A stretch of DNA of 25,037 bases from Candidatus Methylomirabilis sp. (GTDB taxonomy: Bacteria; Methylomirabilota; Methylomirabilia; Methylomirabilales; Methylomirabilaceae), in NCBI GenBank assembly GCA_041498975.1, contig JBGQJI010000026.1, positions 1-25,037 of the forward strand, given 5' to 3'. The stretch's first letter is position 1. Every line of letters starts with the position of its first letter. The notes under the pieces are model-generated. The model was not told the DNA's origin. It did not search any database and worked only from the letters and a program-made list of their open reading frames with translations. Both the position numbers and the translations under genes were made by a program. Below are positions 24,170 to 25,037 of the stretch, piece after piece.

Positions 24170-25037
24170 TGGGGAGGATGATGGAATTCACCAATCATCA
24201 TAGTGTAGGTAGCGGGGCGGACTTGCAAGACCGTTTGGGACGAACCCGTGATGAGCTACTTAATATTCTCGACACTATCGGATCATTGGTCGATAAGGCG
24301 GGATTGCCGCCCTACCCAGCTTTAGCGGCTGCGGATCGACTCCGCCACAACAGGTTCGACATCGTCGTCCTGGGCCAGTACAAACGGGGGAAGACGACCT
24401 TCATCAATGCCCTCCTTGGTGAGGACCTCCTTCCCACCGCCATCGTCCCATTGACCAATATCGCCACGCGGGTGCGCCACGCGACCCTCCCGTCTGCGCG
24501 CGTGACCTTTCTGGACGGGCGGTTTCAGGAGATCTCACTTCAAGAGCTAGCGCTCTACACCACGGAGAAAGGCAACCCCGGTAACGCCAAGAGGGTGCTC
24601 CTGGTGGAGGTCGAGTTCCCCGCGACCGCCCTTCGGGACGGGACGATGGTCACGGACACGCCCGGAATCGCCTCGATCTTCGAGCAGAACACCCGGGCGG
24701 CGATGGAGTATATCCCCCAGGCAGACGCCGCGATCTTCCTGGTGAATGCGGACCCGCCGATCAGCGAGGCGGAACGGGCCTTCCTCAAAGAGGTTCGCCC
24801 GTATGTGGCAAAGCTCTTCTTTGTGCAAAACAAGATCGACCAGGTGAGTCCGGAGGATCAAGAAGAGTCCCTTGCTTTTACGCGTACCGTAATCGAAGAG
24901 ACAATGGGCGAAGGCGAGATCGTCATCTACCCCGTCTCGGCTCGCTTGGCCCTGGAAGCCAAGCTGGCACAAGACGCGACAAAGCTTGGCCTAAGCCGAT
25001 TCGACCAGTTCGAGCGGGATCTCCATGGTTTTCTCCA
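24169..25037 (+). CDS. Bacterial dynamin-like GTPase, 3'-truncated at the window edge
   Basis: Hand-translated open frame not in the ORF track: G1 VVLGQYKRGKTTFINALLG, G2 LPTAIVPLT, TEKGNPGN, G3 DTPG, G4 NKID, PVSAR. Start at 24169 (TGATG overlap), 24178 or 24181. Confidence 0.92.
   Translation, partial: MGRMMEFTNHHSVGSGADLQDRLGRTRDELLNILDTIGSLVDKAGLPPYPALAAADRLRHNRFDIVVLGQYKRGKTTFINALLGEDLLPTAIVPLTNIATRVRHATLPSARVTFLDGRFQEISLQELALYTTEKGNPGNAKRVLLVEVEFPATALRDGTMVTDTPGIASIFEQNTRAAMEYIPQADAAIFLVNADPPISEAERAFLKEVRPYVAKLFFVQNKIDQVSPEDQEESLAFTRTVIEETMGEGEIVIYPVSARLALEAKLAQDATKLGLSRFDQFERDLHGFL

Noticed and set aside
24177..24192. GATGATGGAATTCACC resembles the 5' half of a third fluoride aptamer
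   Set aside because: P1 is broken, there is no downstream pseudoknot partner (ATTCC), P2 or terminator, and it overlaps the dynamin start codons.

Overview
High-GC bacterial window in two halves. Left (1-11804, minus strand) is a housekeeping run: exported hypothetical protein, radical SAM/radical-SAM-linked fusion, RNase G/E, small ORF, rplU-rpmA-obgE-proB-proA-nadD-rsfS. It is punctuated by six arrays of 7-nt tandem repeats with inverted arms, one lying in-frame inside the radical SAM gene. Right (12130 to window end, plus strand) is an accessory cluster of at least 12.9 kb controlled by TWO fluoride (crcB-class) riboswitches (~12174 and ~17979), each overlapping an intrinsic terminator. 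No Fluc/CrcB or CLC-F exporter gene is visible in the window. The cluster instead encodes four DUF6062-like double CxxC...CxxH proteins, a CPA2 cation:proton antiporter, a Usp, a mini GIY-YIG protein, an 8-Cys protein, a TPR protein, an enolase, a Zn-ribbon/HEAT-MFS fusion, a HEAT protein, a PAP2 phosphatase and a dynamin-like GTPase (truncated, absent from the ORF track). It is a candidate undescribed fluoride-response system. All family calls come from motif recognition by eye; no searches were run.
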